Shown here: positions 29,537 to 39,509 of the stretch, piece after piece
How the letters are laid out: each line of letters opens with the position of its first letter
How positions within the stretch are numbered: the first letter of the stretch is position 1
From: Bdellovibrionales bacterium
GTDB taxonomy: Bacteria > Bdellovibrionota > UBA1018 > CAIMNF01
Assembly (NCBI GenBank): GCA_040380025.1
Contig: JBEIJY010000002.1
Coordinates: forward strand, 96,001 to 160,000
Direction of reading: 5' to 3'
DNA: 64,000 bases
Program-made: the position numbers and the translations under genes
The notes under the pieces: generated by a model
Databases searched by the model: none
Told to the model about the DNA's origin: nothing
Seen by the model: the letters and a program-made list of their open reading frames with translations, nothing else

Positions 29537-31620
29537 GGATCTTTGTCTCCGCGGCGGAGATTTCGTCTGACATTCACGCCGCGAAGATTCTCCGCGCCCT
29601 GATCGATCTCTTGCCGCCGGATTCGGTCCGTGTTGCCGGAATCGGCGGTCCGCGTCTTCGAGCCCTCCCTGAATTCGAGTGTCTTGCCGAAGCGGAGTCG
29701 ATGCGGGTCATGGGTTTTGTCGAAGTGCTCGGAAGTTTGGGCAAGCTCGCGCGAATTCGTGACAAAATCGAAGGATTCCTTTCTTCGAATCCTCCCGATC
29801 TCATTCTGACGTTCGATTATCCTGATTTCCATTTTTCTTTGATGAAAAGACTCTCGCGCCATCCCTGGTTTGCGGAAGCATTCAAGATCTGCGCGATTCC
29901 GCCCAAGGTCTGGGTGTGGCGAAAAAATCGGGTCGAACGGATCCGCAGACTCTACGACGGGGTGCTCGTGGTGTTCCCGTTCGAAGAACAATTCTATCGC
30001 GATCACGGGATCCCGGTTTTGTACCGTGGGAATCCGCTCATTGCCGATCTGCTCGAGCGGCATCCTGTCCGGGCCGGTGGCGATGCCGGTGATTTCTTGC
30101 AACTCGCAGTTCTTCCCGGAAGCCGCAAGGGGGAGCTAAAGCAGCATCTTCCGATTGTGGCGGCCACGCTTCATGATCTTTCTGCGATTTCAGGAAGAAC
30201 GGTGATTGCAGAGGTGCCCGTTCCCCGGGGAGTCGAGCAGTCTTGGATCGAGTGCGAGCTGGTTTCGAACTCACGGGTGCAGTACCGGTTTTTTCCGGAT
30301 GGATCGGGAGAGGTCCTCTCGCGCAATTCCGTCGGGTTGGTGAAGAGCGGCACGTCCACGCTCGAGGCGGCGGTTCTCGGGTGTGTGCCGGTGATTTTTT
30401 ATCGAATGAATCCCGTGAGTGAGTGGATTTTCAAGAAATTCGTCCGGTACGCCGGTCCGGTGGGGCTCCCGAACATCCTGCTTGGAATCCGGGATCGAAG
30501 CCGCGCGGTGTTTCGCGAGTTTTTGGGTCGGGAGGCCGCCCCCGGAGCGCTGGCCGTGGAGCTTCGGAGATTGCTCGAGGATTCCGGGTCGAGAGACGAA
30601 CTCCAACGGGCCGGTGACTCCTTGCGGTCCTCTTTGGTGCCCGCCCGGGGGCCGGTCCCGACCGAACTCGCGAAGGCCATTCTGGAGTGGGTTTCGACGC
30701 CGCGAAATCTCCGCATTTCCCGCAAAAAATCAACATGGATCGCACTGGCTTCGTTCTTCTGGTCTTGTTTGAATGGCCTGCGAAGGGGAGTGCGGAAGGC
30801 TCTCGGACTCACCGGGCGCAAGCTTCCGGTCCGTTCGATTCTGGTCGGAAACCTGCAGGCCGGCGGGGCGGGAAAAACCCCTCTGGTGATCGCTCTCGCG
30901 CAGGGGGCGCTGGCGCGGGGGGATCGGGTCGGGGTGGTTTCGCGCGGCTACGGAATCAAGCTCACTGAAACAGTCCGGATCGCATCTCACGGGGACTCCG
31001 CGTCCCGGATCGGAGACGAACCGGCCGAAATTCTGAGCGAGGTACCGGGAGTGAAGATCGCTCTTTCGGCCGATCGGCATCAGGCTGCAGAGGCACTGAT
31101 CCGCGAGGGCGTGAATCTCATTCTGGCCGATGACGGATTCCAGAATCTCCGGTTTCGCACCGATGTGACCGTTCTTGCGGTGACGGATGCGGGACGGAAC
31201 GAGATTCCCTATCGGGATTTTGACTCGGTCGCGACTTTGGCAGACTTCGTCGTCCAAACAAAGGGCGAGGTGGGCGACCGGTTCGGTGCGATTTTTCGGC
31301 TCGAGTGGGAGTCTGATGCGATTCCTCATGGTCCTCTTTGGCTCTGGTGTGCCGTCGGGGATCCCGATGAGGTGGTGCGATTCCATCGGAATCGCGGGTG
31401 TGAAATCGAGCGTGTGATCGTCGCCCGCGATCATGCGGTGCCGGACCCCGCGGCGATCTCGGCATGGATCAACGAAGCCCGTCTTGCGGGTGCGCATCTG
31501 GCCGTGACCCCGAAGGATGCGGTGAAGATTCCGCTCGATCTGCGTCAGGAAATTGTGGTTCTTTCTCGAAGGATTCGCGCTCCACAGTTGATTTCGAAGA
31601 TCTTGGACCGTTTGCAATAA
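29533..31620 (+). CDS. lpxB-lpxK: Fused lipid-A-disaccharide synthase / tetraacyldisaccharide 4'-kinase (LpxB-LpxK)
   Basis: N-terminal LpxB motifs (SAAEISSD, VMGFVEV, DYPDF, LPGSR, SGTSTLE, LPNIL) and C-terminal LpxK motifs (VGNLQAGGAGKTP, SRGYG, GDEP, DDGFQ, TPKDAVK) in one ORF. Confidence 0.88.
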   Translation: MRIFVSAAEISSDIHAAKILRALIDLLPPDSVRVAGIGGPRLRALPEFECLAEAESMRVMGFVEVLGSLGKLARIRDKIEGFLSSNPPDLILTFDYPDFHFSLMKRLSRHPWFAEAFKICAIPPKVWVWRKNRVERIRRLYDGVLVVFPFEEQFYRDHGIPVLYRGNPLIADLLERHPVRAGGDAGDFLQLAVLPGSRKGELKQHLPIVAATLHDLSAISGRTVIAEVPVPRGVEQSWIECELVSNSRVQYRFFPDGSGEVLSRNSVGLVKSGTSTLEAAVLGCVPVIFYRMNPVSEWIFKKFVRYAGPVGLPNILLGIRDRSRAVFREFLGREAAPGALAVELRRLLEDSGSRDELQRAGDSLRSSLVPARGPVPTELAKAILEWVSTPRNLRISRKKSTWIALASFFWSCLNGLRRGVRKALGLTGRKLPVRSILVGNLQAGGAGKTPLVIALAQGALARGDRVGVVSRGYGIKLTETVRIASHGDSASRIGDEPAEILSEVPGVKIALSADRHQAAEALIREGVNLILADDGFQNLRFRTDVTVLAVTDAGRNEIPYRDFDSVATLADFVVQTKGEVGDRFGAIFRLEWESDAIPHGPLWLWCAVGDPDEVVRFHRNRGCEIERVIVARDHAVPDPAAISAWINEARLAGAHLAVTPKDAVKIPLDLRQEIVVLSRRIRAPQLISKILDRLQ

Positions 31621-31647
31621 GCCCTGGGAAGCCGTAAACTCAAAAAG

Positions 31648-32685
31648 ATGGAAAGAAAACGGGGCCGGCGACTTTATTCGGCGGGACATTTCGGTCTTGG
31701 AGTGTTGTTGATTCTTGCCGCGTGTTCCACATCCAATCATTTGCGAAAGATCGAGGATGGCGACCTGAGCAAAGAGCTTTCCCCGGATCTTGCAAAGCGC
31801 TTCGAGGTGAAGGATTTCTCGGGAGCGCCCCCGGCTCCTGCGCCGTCCCCTGCGCCGCTACCGGCTGCTTCCGAAAAAGCCGGCAAGAAGAAAGGCAAAA
31901 AAGGATCTGGAATGAAGGAGAAGCAGCCATCTCCGAGCGAGCCAAAAGCAGTCCCGGCTCCCGCGTCCGCGCCCTCCCGACGGGTGTCACCCATGCCCTT
32001 TGAGGAGGGCGAGCGTCTGACTTATGATGTGCGTTATCTCGGGGTGACCGCCGCCACGGTCGAGGTCGAGGTGGGGCCGGTCAAGTTCGTGAATGACCGG
32101 AAGGTCTATGAGCTGAGGGGTCACGCTCGAACCCAAAAGCTCTTCGAGCTGGTGTATCGGGTGGATGACCGGATTCAAAGTTATTGGGATTACGAAGGAC
32201 TCTATTCGCACCGGTTTTCGATGGATCTCGATGAGAGTAAACAGAATCGAAAGCTGATTGAACTGTACGATTACGAAAAGAACCAGAGCTTTTTCTGGAA
32301 TCGCATCGACCATGTCGAAAAGGGGTACAGCGAAGAAAAGCGGAATCAGGACATCCTTCCCTGGTCGCAGGATTTGCTTTCGGGATTGTTTTACCTGAGA
32401 GTGGCACCGCTTCCTGTCGACGGTTCTGCCCCGTTCCGGATGCCCGTGATCGTCGACGGAAGACCTTGGGAATCGGTGATTACGTATCTCAGGACCGAGA
32501 AAATTTTCGCCGGAGGTAAAAACCGCGAGGCGAGGGTGTACCGGGTGGAAAACCATGCGGGCGGTGAGGTGAAGAACAAAGAGAATATGCTTTGGGTTTC
32601 GACCGATGAACGCCGCCATGTCCTGCGGATCGAGACCAAGGTCAAGGTGGGATACTTCGCCATCGCGCTCGATAAGATTTTATGA
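31648..32685 (+). CDS. DUF3108-like lipoprotein
   Basis: Lipobox LAAC; P/K-rich linker; PF..GERLTYDV, D.LS.LFYLR and LWVS.D patterns. Confidence 0.7.
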   Translation: MERKRGRRLYSAGHFGLGVLLILAACSTSNHLRKIEDGDLSKELSPDLAKRFEVKDFSGAPPAPAPSPAPLPAASEKAGKKKGKKGSGMKEKQPSPSEPKAVPAPASAPSRRVSPMPFEEGERLTYDVRYLGVTAATVEVEVGPVKFVNDRKVYELRGHARTQKLFELVYRVDDRIQSYWDYEGLYSHRFSMDLDESKQNRKLIELYDYEKNQSFFWNRIDHVEKGYSEEKRNQDILPWSQDLLSGLFYLRVAPLPVDGSAPFRMPVIVDGRPWESVITYLRTEKIFAGGKNREARVYRVENHAGGEVKNKENMLWVSTDERRHVLRIETKVKVGYFAIALDKIL

Positions 32686-33725
32686 AGAGAATCCTGGTGC
32701 GGGCCCCGAACTGGATCGGGGATCAGATCCTCGCTTATCCGTTTTTCAGGACACTCAGGGCCCGTTACCCGTCCGCATGGATTGCGGTCGTCTGCCCCGA
32801 CGGACTGAAAGACATCCAGTTCTCGGGATTCGTTGACGAGGTTTTCCCCCTCCCCAAAAAGCGGAACGACCATTCCGTGAAGTCGATGTGGAAGCTTCAT
32901 CGGTTCGGCCGGTTTCTCCGGACCAAGGGACCGTGGGATCTCGCGATTCTCTTGCCGAACTCCTTCGGCTCGGCCCTCGTGTTCCGGCTGGCGGGTGCGG
33001 TCCGAAGGCGCGGCTATGTTGCCGATGCAAGGGGTTTCTTGCTGAATGAGGGGCTCAGGATCGGAGAGGCGTCGTCGCTTCACCGCTCGAATGTGTATCT
33101 GCATCTTCTGAGTCCCGAGGGAGCGCTTTCCTTTGACGGCGCCGAGTACTGGAAAAAGGGACCTGAAAAGGAATTCGATCCGTATTTGCACTGGGCGGGG
33201 GTGGATGCCTTCGAACCGCCCGATGATCCTTATTTCGTAGTGGCACCGGGGTCGAATGCGGATTCGCGGCGCTGGGACGGGGAGCGGTTTTCGGATCTCA
33301 TCCGTCGCATCACCGCGCGCAGAAGACTGCTTCCGGTTGTGGTCGGCGGAAAGGCCGAGCAGGGCATTGCAGAGCGATTCCGGCAAGACGGGGTGGAGTT
33401 TCTTGATTTCACGGCAAGGGGACCGGTGGCGGCACACTGGAAGCTCTTCAAACGGGCCGCATTCCTGGTGGCGAATGATTCGGGATTGGCCCATGTCGGG
33501 GCGCTTTGCGGGTGCCCGGTGCAGATCGTATGGGGAGCGGGCGATCCTGCGAGGACACTTCCGATCGGGCCCGGCCCCGTGCGGACCATTCAGCATCCGG
33601 TAAGCTGTTGGCCCTGCGAAAAGAATGTGTGTGCTCTCCCTCAGAGTGCAAAGAATTCATGTCTGCGCGGGATCGATCCGTCACGGGTCTTCGAGGAGGT
33701 GGAGCGTGCAATTCTCTCCCGCTGA
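32682..33725 (+). CDS. waaF: GT9 LPS heptosyltransferase (WaaF-like)
   Basis: RILVRAPNWIGD, LPNSF.SA and NDSGLAH motifs; C-terminal Cys cluster. Confidence 0.85.
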   Translation: MKRILVRAPNWIGDQILAYPFFRTLRARYPSAWIAVVCPDGLKDIQFSGFVDEVFPLPKKRNDHSVKSMWKLHRFGRFLRTKGPWDLAILLPNSFGSALVFRLAGAVRRRGYVADARGFLLNEGLRIGEASSLHRSNVYLHLLSPEGALSFDGAEYWKKGPEKEFDPYLHWAGVDAFEPPDDPYFVVAPGSNADSRRWDGERFSDLIRRITARRRLLPVVVGGKAEQGIAERFRQDGVEFLDFTARGPVAAHWKLFKRAAFLVANDSGLAHVGALCGCPVQIVWGAGDPARTLPIGPGPVRTIQHPVSCWPCEKNVCALPQSAKNSCLRGIDPSRVFEEVERAILSR

Positions 33726-34857
33726 GATTCAGAGAATCGTGTTCGTGTTTCCGGACGACCGGTTCGGAGAGGATGAACAGCTTTCGATCGAGGATGTCTC
33801 GGAGCTTCACTCCCGGGGTGTGGACTGGAGAGCAGTGTGCGTGCGGGACAGCGAAGTTCACCATCAGCTCGGAGGCGTCGATTCCTCGCGGTTGATCCTT
33901 CTCGATCGAGTGCCTGGTCCGAATCTGGACCGGACCGTGAGGGATGTGCTCGACGGGATTCTTGAGCCCGGGAGTGTGGTCCATGTGCACGGCTCCCACT
34001 GCCTCGGAAGCATCCTGCCCTGGATGCTGAAGCATCCGAAAATCCCCGTCGTGGTGGCCGAAGGCCCCCGGGCAGAAAAGCGCTTCCGACATTTTTTTCA
34101 GAGTTTCTTTTACCCGAGGATCGATGCAGTACTCGTCCCCTCATCGACGATGAAGCGTCGTGTGTCTCAGATGCGACCGGTGTTGGCAAACCGGATCCGC
34201 GTGCTGCACCCCGGGCTCGACTTCAAGGTCTTCAATCCCGAAAATTTCGATTTTCGGATTCTCCGGAGCAAGTGGGGGATCGACCCCGAGATCTGTGTGG
34301 TCGGAATGATCGCATCCCGCGAGTACAAAAAAGCGCAGTCTGTGTTCATCAAGGCCGCGGCCTCGTTTTTGCGGAACGAAGACCTTGCCTCACGTACGAG
34401 GTTTGTGATCGTCGGGTTCGAGCAGGAGGGAAACGAGGAGCTGATCGCCCTGATCGAGAAGTTCCATTTGCGGGACCAGATCATTCTCGCTCCTGCCGAG
34501 CCTTCGGTGCCGAAGGTACTCGGATCGCTCGATGTGTACGTGCTTCCCTCGAGCAAGGCGATGTTTGGCTTGCAAGCGATCGAAGCGCTTGCCATGGGCA
34601 CGCCGATCATTTGTGCGGCAGGCCCCGATTCGGCAGAGTGGACCGGGAACTCGCAAGGGGGGCTGACCATGAGGTCCGGCGATTCCTTCGACTTGCAGAG
34701 AAAGCTCCGCACGATCATCGAGGACCCGGAAGAGCTGAAGATCATGGGTCAGCGTGCCGTGCAATATGCGCGGGAGCATTATGACCGAAAGATGCGGACG
34801 GATCGCTTGCTTCAGATTTATGCGAGAGCGCTCCACCGGAGAGCCGCTGCGGAATGA
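33706..34857 (+). CDS. GT4 family glycosyltransferase-like protein
   Basis: PGLD..F, DVYVLPS and FGLQAIEALAMGTP motifs; GTG start with SD GAGGAGG. Confidence 0.8.
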   Translation: MQFSPAEIQRIVFVFPDDRFGEDEQLSIEDVSELHSRGVDWRAVCVRDSEVHHQLGGVDSSRLILLDRVPGPNLDRTVRDVLDGILEPGSVVHVHGSHCLGSILPWMLKHPKIPVVVAEGPRAEKRFRHFFQSFFYPRIDAVLVPSSTMKRRVSQMRPVLANRIRVLHPGLDFKVFNPENFDFRILRSKWGIDPEICVVGMIASREYKKAQSVFIKAAASFLRNEDLASRTRFVIVGFEQEGNEELIALIEKFHLRDQIILAPAEPSVPKVLGSLDVYVLPSSKAMFGLQAIEALAMGTPIICAAGPDSAEWTGNSQGGLTMRSGDSFDLQRKLRTIIEDPEELKIMGQRAVQYAREHYDRKMRTDRLLQIYARALHRRAAAE

Positions 34858-35331
34858 TCAGAGTTGGACCCGGGATGCGGGACAGGGGCCATACCGGAAC
34901 GGCACTTCCTTTGTGATCCCGGTGGAGGTCCGGCGGAACCGGATGCTTCCGGATCGGCCGCCGTTCGAAGTCTGGACATTCACTTCGGTTCGATTGGTCG
35001 AGTTCGATTTTTGAATGACATGTGAGTGGGATGTGCGGAGATCATAGCCCGCAATGGAGGAGTACAAGATCCCGAAGAAGGTTCCTTCTGGCGAGAATGC
35101 CACCCCGATCAGATTCTTACCCGCGTTTGCGACCCAGCAGTACTGCGCTTGTTCTGGAACCGCTCTGTCCTGGAGTCCGTCATAATGATCCGAGGTCATC
35201 CGTGGAGCGCTGTGAACCCACCCGTTGAGTTCGCTCCAGGCTTCTTGAGCCTGGGCCGAGGGCGAACTCAACGATAATAGAACGAACAAAAGCGAGGCAA
35301 GCCGCGAGGCCGACGACCGAACTGATTTCAT
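34858..35331 (-). CDS. Secreted hypothetical protein
   Basis: SD GGAGG then ATG 35331; signal-peptide-like ...LLSLSSPSAQA. Confidence 0.6.
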   Translation of the reverse strand: MKSVRSSASRLASLLFVLLSLSSPSAQAQEAWSELNGWVHSAPRMTSDHYDGLQDRAVPEQAQYCWVANAGKNLIGVAFSPEGTFFGILYSSIAGYDLRTSHSHVIQKSNSTNRTEVNVQTSNGGRSGSIRFRRTSTGITKEVPFRYGPCPASRVQL

Positions 35332-35365
35332 AAAATCCTCCCCCATTCCCACCCGTTTCCCGGGT

Positions 35366-36733
35366 CTATTCAGACTTCCAAGCGGCGGCCTTGTCTTCGA
35401 TGTAAGCCGTGAGTTTTTCGGCCGGGATCCGCTCTTGGGTCATTCCATCGCGCTCGCGAATGGTCACGGTCTGATCCGCAAGGCTGTCGTAATCGATGGT
35501 CACGCAAAACGGAGTACCGATCTCGTCCTGCCGGCGGTAGCGCTTTCCGATGGTGCCGCTTTCGTCGAAGGTGGCGCGGAAGCGCTTCTTCACATCGCCG
35601 TACACTTTGTCCGAGAGCTCCATGAGCTCGGGTTTCTTCATGAGCGGAAACACCGCGACCTTGTACGGGGCGAGGTTCGGGTGGAGCTTCAATACCGTAC
35701 GCTCTCCCTCAAGGCGATAGGCATCACACAAGAGCGCCAAAAGAGCCCGGTCACATCCGACCGAGGTTTCGACCACGTACGGAATGAATTTCTCTTTCGT
35801 CGACTCTTCGAAGTATTCGCACTTCTTGCCCGAGAATTCCTGATGGCGTTTCAGGTCAAAATCAGAGCGGTTGTGGATTCCCTCGATTTCCTGCCAGCCG
35901 ATGGGGAATTGGTATTCGACATCGAAGGCGGCCCGCGCGTAGTGCGCAAGCTCCCCCGGTCCGTGCTGGTGGAAACGGAGCTTCGAGCGACGGAGTCCGT
36001 TCGCGAGGTGCCACTGGATGCGGATTTCCTTCCATTTTTCGAACCACTCCATGTCGGTTCCGGGCTTCACGAAAAACTGCATCTCCATCTGCTCGAACTC
36101 GCGGGTACGGAAGATGAAATTGCCGGGGGTGATCTCGTTCCGGAAGGCTTTTCCGATCTGGGCGATCCCGAACGGCACTTTTTGGCGGGCGCTTTGTTGG
36201 ACGTTTTCGAAGTTCACGAAGATCCCCTGCGCGGTCTCGGGGCGAAGGTAGACGACGCTTGCCGAGTCCTCGAGCGGACCCATGAAGGTCTTGAACATCA
36301 GGTTGAACTGGCGGGGTTCGGTGAGCTGGCACTCGCTCATTCCACCGGGACGGACAGAGGGTTTTTTGCCGCAGTTCGCATGTTCGAGTTTGTCGGCGCG
36401 AAAGCGCCCTTTGCAGGTTTTGCAATCGACGAGCGGGTCGACAAAGCCTTCGACATGGCCCGAGGCCTCCCAGGTTCGCGGGTGCATCAGAATGGAGGCG
36501 TCGATTCCCTCGACATCATCGCGATCGGTCATCGCGCGCCACCACGACTCCTTGATGTTGCGTTTCAGCTCCACGCCGAGCGGACCGTAATCCCAGCAGG
36601 AACCGATCCCGCCGTAAATTTCGGACGAGGGAAAGATGAATCCGCGTCGTTTGCAGAGGGAGACCAGGTCCTGAAAGCTCTCGAGCTCTTTGGATTCGAC
36701 GGGCGCGGGGGTCGCATTCGGTGTTTCGCTCAT
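35366..36733 (-). CDS. glyQS: Glycine--tRNA ligase, alpha2 (homodimeric) type
   Basis: [36 protein letters not shown] and [13 protein letters not shown] motifs. Confidence 0.96.
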   Translation of the reverse strand: MSETPNATPAPVESKELESFQDLVSLCKRRGFIFPSSEIYGGIGSCWDYGPLGVELKRNIKESWWRAMTDRDDVEGIDASILMHPRTWEASGHVEGFVDPLVDCKTCKGRFRADKLEHANCGKKPSVRPGGMSECQLTEPRQFNLMFKTFMGPLEDSASVVYLRPETAQGIFVNFENVQQSARQKVPFGIAQIGKAFRNEITPGNFIFRTREFEQMEMQFFVKPGTDMEWFEKWKEIRIQWHLANGLRRSKLRFHQHGPGELAHYARAAFDVEYQFPIGWQEIEGIHNRSDFDLKRHQEFSGKKCEYFEESTKEKFIPYVVETSVGCDRALLALLCDAYRLEGERTVLKLHPNLAPYKVAVFPLMKKPELMELSDKVYGDVKKRFRATFDESGTIGKRYRRQDEIGTPFCVTIDYDSLADQTVTIRERDGMTQERIPAEKLTAYIEDKAAAWKSE

Positions 36734-36772
36734 AATAGGGAAGAGGCTAGCACAGCGCGAGAAAATTGAAAA

Positions 36773-37930
36773 TCAGGGGCCGGCTCTTTCATCAAAGTGG
36801 CCGGACCAGAGAGCGTGCAAAAAATCCTCCACCGGGTAGCATTCGATCCCGCCGTCCCATTGTCTGGCTCCGGTGTCAAAAGACACCATCACGAAGCGTT
36901 TGAATTTTTTTTCTTCCTGAAGCGCTCTCAAGCCCTTGAAGTGTCGTTCCGAGAGCCGGTTGGTGCTTTTCACCTCGATTGCCACGCGATCATCGAGGCA
37001 AAAATCAACCTCATGTCCGGCAGTGGAGCGCCAGAAGGAGATTGGCTCGTGGGTTTTTCGATAGCTTCGATGGCATCGGAGCTCATGAAGAATCCAGTGC
37101 TCAAGCGCGATTCCGAAGTCATCGGAATTCCGATTGAGTTCTTTCCGGTCGATCAGGGCAGCCTGGACTCCCGGATCGAACAGGTAAAATTTGACGGTTT
37201 GAATGGCTTTTCTTTTTTTAGAAAGTCGCCAGGGCTCAAGCTCCGTACCGATCAGGGTATCCCGCAACAACTCGAAATAAGCGCGAACCGTGGTCTCGGG
37301 AACCCCGGAGTCGCTTGATACCGAGGAATAGTTCAAAAGTTGTCCCGAGCTCAATGCCGCGATTTTCAGGAAGCGTACGAACTGGCCCAGATTCCTTACG
37401 GCCGCCTCCTCTTCGATTTCCTGCTTCAGGTAGGTGTCGGTATAGGCCTTCAGGTCGGCCCAAGGGTCGTCACTCAGCAAAACAGAGGGAAGCGATCCGT
37501 AGTGAAGCTTGCGTTCCAGCGGAACGGACGGGGACTCTCCATGGGTGACCCCGAACATTTCGAGCACCCTTGCCCTGCCACCGAGGAGGTTGGCAGAGGA
37601 TCGCTTCAGTTTTCGGGCGCTACTGCCCGTAAGAAGGAAGCGGATCTTTTTTTCTTCGATCAGGGCATGAACCTCGTCGAGCAGATCGGGGATTTTTTGG
37701 ATTTCATCGATGACCACGCCTTTTTTTCGGGGGTCGATCATGTTTCGCAGATACCCCGGGTTTTCGATCAGCCGGAGGCGATCCTCGCTTCGGAGCAGTG
37801 AGATCAGTTGATATTCCGGGACCAGGGTTTCCCGGATCAAGGAGGTTTTTCCGACCCCCCGAGGGCCGAATAAAAAGTGGGATTTGGCCTGAACGGCCCC
37901 TTTGAGATCCAGTGTTCGTGAAAAGAGCAT
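36773..37930 (-). CDS. AAA-family ATPase with DUF4143 / PD-(D/E)xK-like C-terminal domain
   Basis: GPRGVGKT, IDEIQK, LTGSSAR, KFYLFDPG and EVDF..AIEVK motifs. Confidence 0.88.
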   Translation of the reverse strand: MLFSRTLDLKGAVQAKSHFLFGPRGVGKTSLIRETLVPEYQLISLLRSEDRLRLIENPGYLRNMIDPRKKGVVIDEIQKIPDLLDEVHALIEEKKIRFLLTGSSARKLKRSSANLLGGRARVLEMFGVTHGESPSVPLERKLHYGSLPSVLLSDDPWADLKAYTDTYLKQEIEEEAAVRNLGQFVRFLKIAALSSGQLLNYSSVSSDSGVPETTVRAYFELLRDTLIGTELEPWRLSKKRKAIQTVKFYLFDPGVQAALIDRKELNRNSDDFGIALEHWILHELRCHRSYRKTHEPISFWRSTAGHEVDFCLDDRVAIEVKSTNRLSERHFKGLRALQEEKKFKRFVMVSFDTGARQWDGGIECYPVEDFLHALWSGHFDERAGP

Positions 37931-37956
37931 CTTTTGCAGGATACTCGATTATTCCC

Positions 37957-37998
37957 CTGTGGAGTAGCGGATTATCATGATTATCCGCTACTCCACAG
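37957..37998. promoter_or_regulatory. 42-bp near-perfect palindrome upstream of the AAA/DUF4143 gene
   Basis: CTGTGGAGTAGCGGAT-TATCATGATT-ATCCGCTACTCCACAG; perfect 16-bp arms. Confidence 0.7.
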
Positions 37999-38018
37999 AG
38001 GATGGTTATGGTTTGGAG

Positions 38019-38969
38019 CTATTTTTCATCCCAAAGGACCTGAAGCGCCGTCTGCCCCACGGCCTTCAGCGAGACCCTCGAGATGCCCTCGGAGGTGTCT
38101 TTGAGGGTATGCCACTGGGGCGGAAACCTCCCGTAAGGCGTGATGTGGATTAGGTCGACCACGGGCACCTTGAGGCCCTCCATCAGGTAGAAATGATCAT
38201 CAATGATCGCTCCCGTGCGGTACCCCGGAAAGTAATCCTGGAACCCGGCCTTTTTTGCGGCGGCTCTGATTTTCTCGACCACCGGACCCGCCCGTTCCAT
38301 CGAATAGGCCTCGATCGGAAACACGGCGCCGATTCCCCCGACCATGTCAAAGTTGATCCCGAAGCGGGGTTGGTAGCCTGCCGGAATCGGGTTTTTGGCA
38401 AAGTGCTGGGAGCCCAGACAGTAGCTGTTCTCGGTGCTCGGGTTCCCCCAATCCTCGGCATCCAGAAACAAAAGATCCACGCCGAACGGCAAGTCCTTTC
38501 CCTGGAGGGCTGATGCGATTCCGAGCAGGACCACGACGCCGCTTCCGCCGTCATTCACTGCCGGAACGGGGCGGGTCCGGTTTTTCGGATCGGGGTCTTC
38601 ATCGGCGAAGGGGCGCGCATCCCAGTGCGCCGAAAAAAGATATCTTGTTTTTGCCGAGGGGTTGATCCGGCCCAGGATGTTCCGGATGGGAATGGTCTTT
38701 TTGTCAAAGGTCACGGCCGAGGCCGTTTGTTCGATGACCTCGGCGCCCGATGATTTCAGGGCGGATGCGATCCAGTCTCCGGTGGCAAGGCTTGCGGCAG
38801 AGCCGGGAACGGCGGGGCCCTTTTTTTCGTACTCGAGAATCCGGGAATAGGCGAGGTTCTCATCGAACGCCGGTGGAGGTCCTTTCACCGCTTTCGAGCC
38901 GAAGAACGGGAGCGAGCATCCCGAAAGGAGCGCCGCCAAAACACCGAAAGAAATCAGATGGCTTCTCAT
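38019..38969 (-). CDS. M28 family peptidase / glutaminyl cyclase-like lipoprotein
   Basis: Lipobox LSGC; SAHWD, NDGGSG, DAEDWG, DDH and WHT motifs; ATGA overlap with the upstream gene. Confidence 0.85.
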   Translation of the reverse strand: MRSHLISFGVLAALLSGCSLPFFGSKAVKGPPPAFDENLAYSRILEYEKKGPAVPGSAASLATGDWIASALKSSGAEVIEQTASAVTFDKKTIPIRNILGRINPSAKTRYLFSAHWDARPFADEDPDPKNRTRPVPAVNDGGSGVVVLLGIASALQGKDLPFGVDLLFLDAEDWGNPSTENSYCLGSQHFAKNPIPAGYQPRFGINFDMVGGIGAVFPIEAYSMERAGPVVEKIRAAAKKAGFQDYFPGYRTGAIIDDHFYLMEGLKVPVVDLIHITPYGRFPPQWHTLKDTSEGISRVSLKAVGQTALQVLWDEK

Positions 38970-39433
38970 GTTCCGGGCCTGTAGTAGCCGGTCACCCAGG
39001 CAAAGATCCACATGGGGCCAATGAAGAGGTGCTCCAGCGAGGTGAAGAAGGCGGGAGATTTTTTTTCGTATACGATGTGTCCGAAGAACTGCAGCACCCA
39101 CCCGATCACCTGAAGGGCGATCAGAACGTTCAGGTGCAAGTGCCGCGCAATCAGGTAGTTCGCGAAGCCATACAGAAAAAACGGGATTCCGAGTTTCCAG
39201 TCCACCCGGAGCGAGAAGATTCCTCCGGCGATCGCAAGGATGAGACCGAGGTCCAGCCGCAGAAGGCTCTCGGCGGAAGGCGCCCAAAGCACAACCTGGG
39301 CCAAAAGGCCTACGAGGCTGAAGAGCACGAGTGGAATGCCCACAAGGTGCGTGCGTTTGTTCCCTTTGGTTTGATGATACTGCTCGTAGTCCTTGAAGTA
39401 GATGATCAATGCCGGAGTCGGTAAGGTTGCCAT
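38966..39433 (-). CDS. DUF962 / Mpo1-like membrane protein
   Basis: YH...N...H.VGIP and QFFGH..YEK..PAF motifs. Confidence 0.85.
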   Translation of the reverse strand: MATLPTPALIIYFKDYEQYHQTKGNKRTHLVGIPLVLFSLVGLLAQVVLWAPSAESLLRLDLGLILAIAGGIFSLRVDWKLGIPFFLYGFANYLIARHLHLNVLIALQVIGWVLQFFGHIVYEKKSPAFFTSLEHLFIGPMWIFAWVTGYYRPGT

Positions 39434-39509
39434 GGCTCCACACTAACGGAAGATTTGGCGGGATTTCAATCGATTCATCCGGGGGCAAACCGGTTTTTTG
39501 CGGGATGGT

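Noticed and set aside
38019..39488. 489-aa ORF as a DUF962-M28 fusion
   Set aside because: DUF962 is in a different frame; M28 starts at 38969 with its own lipoprotein signal and an ATGA overlap.
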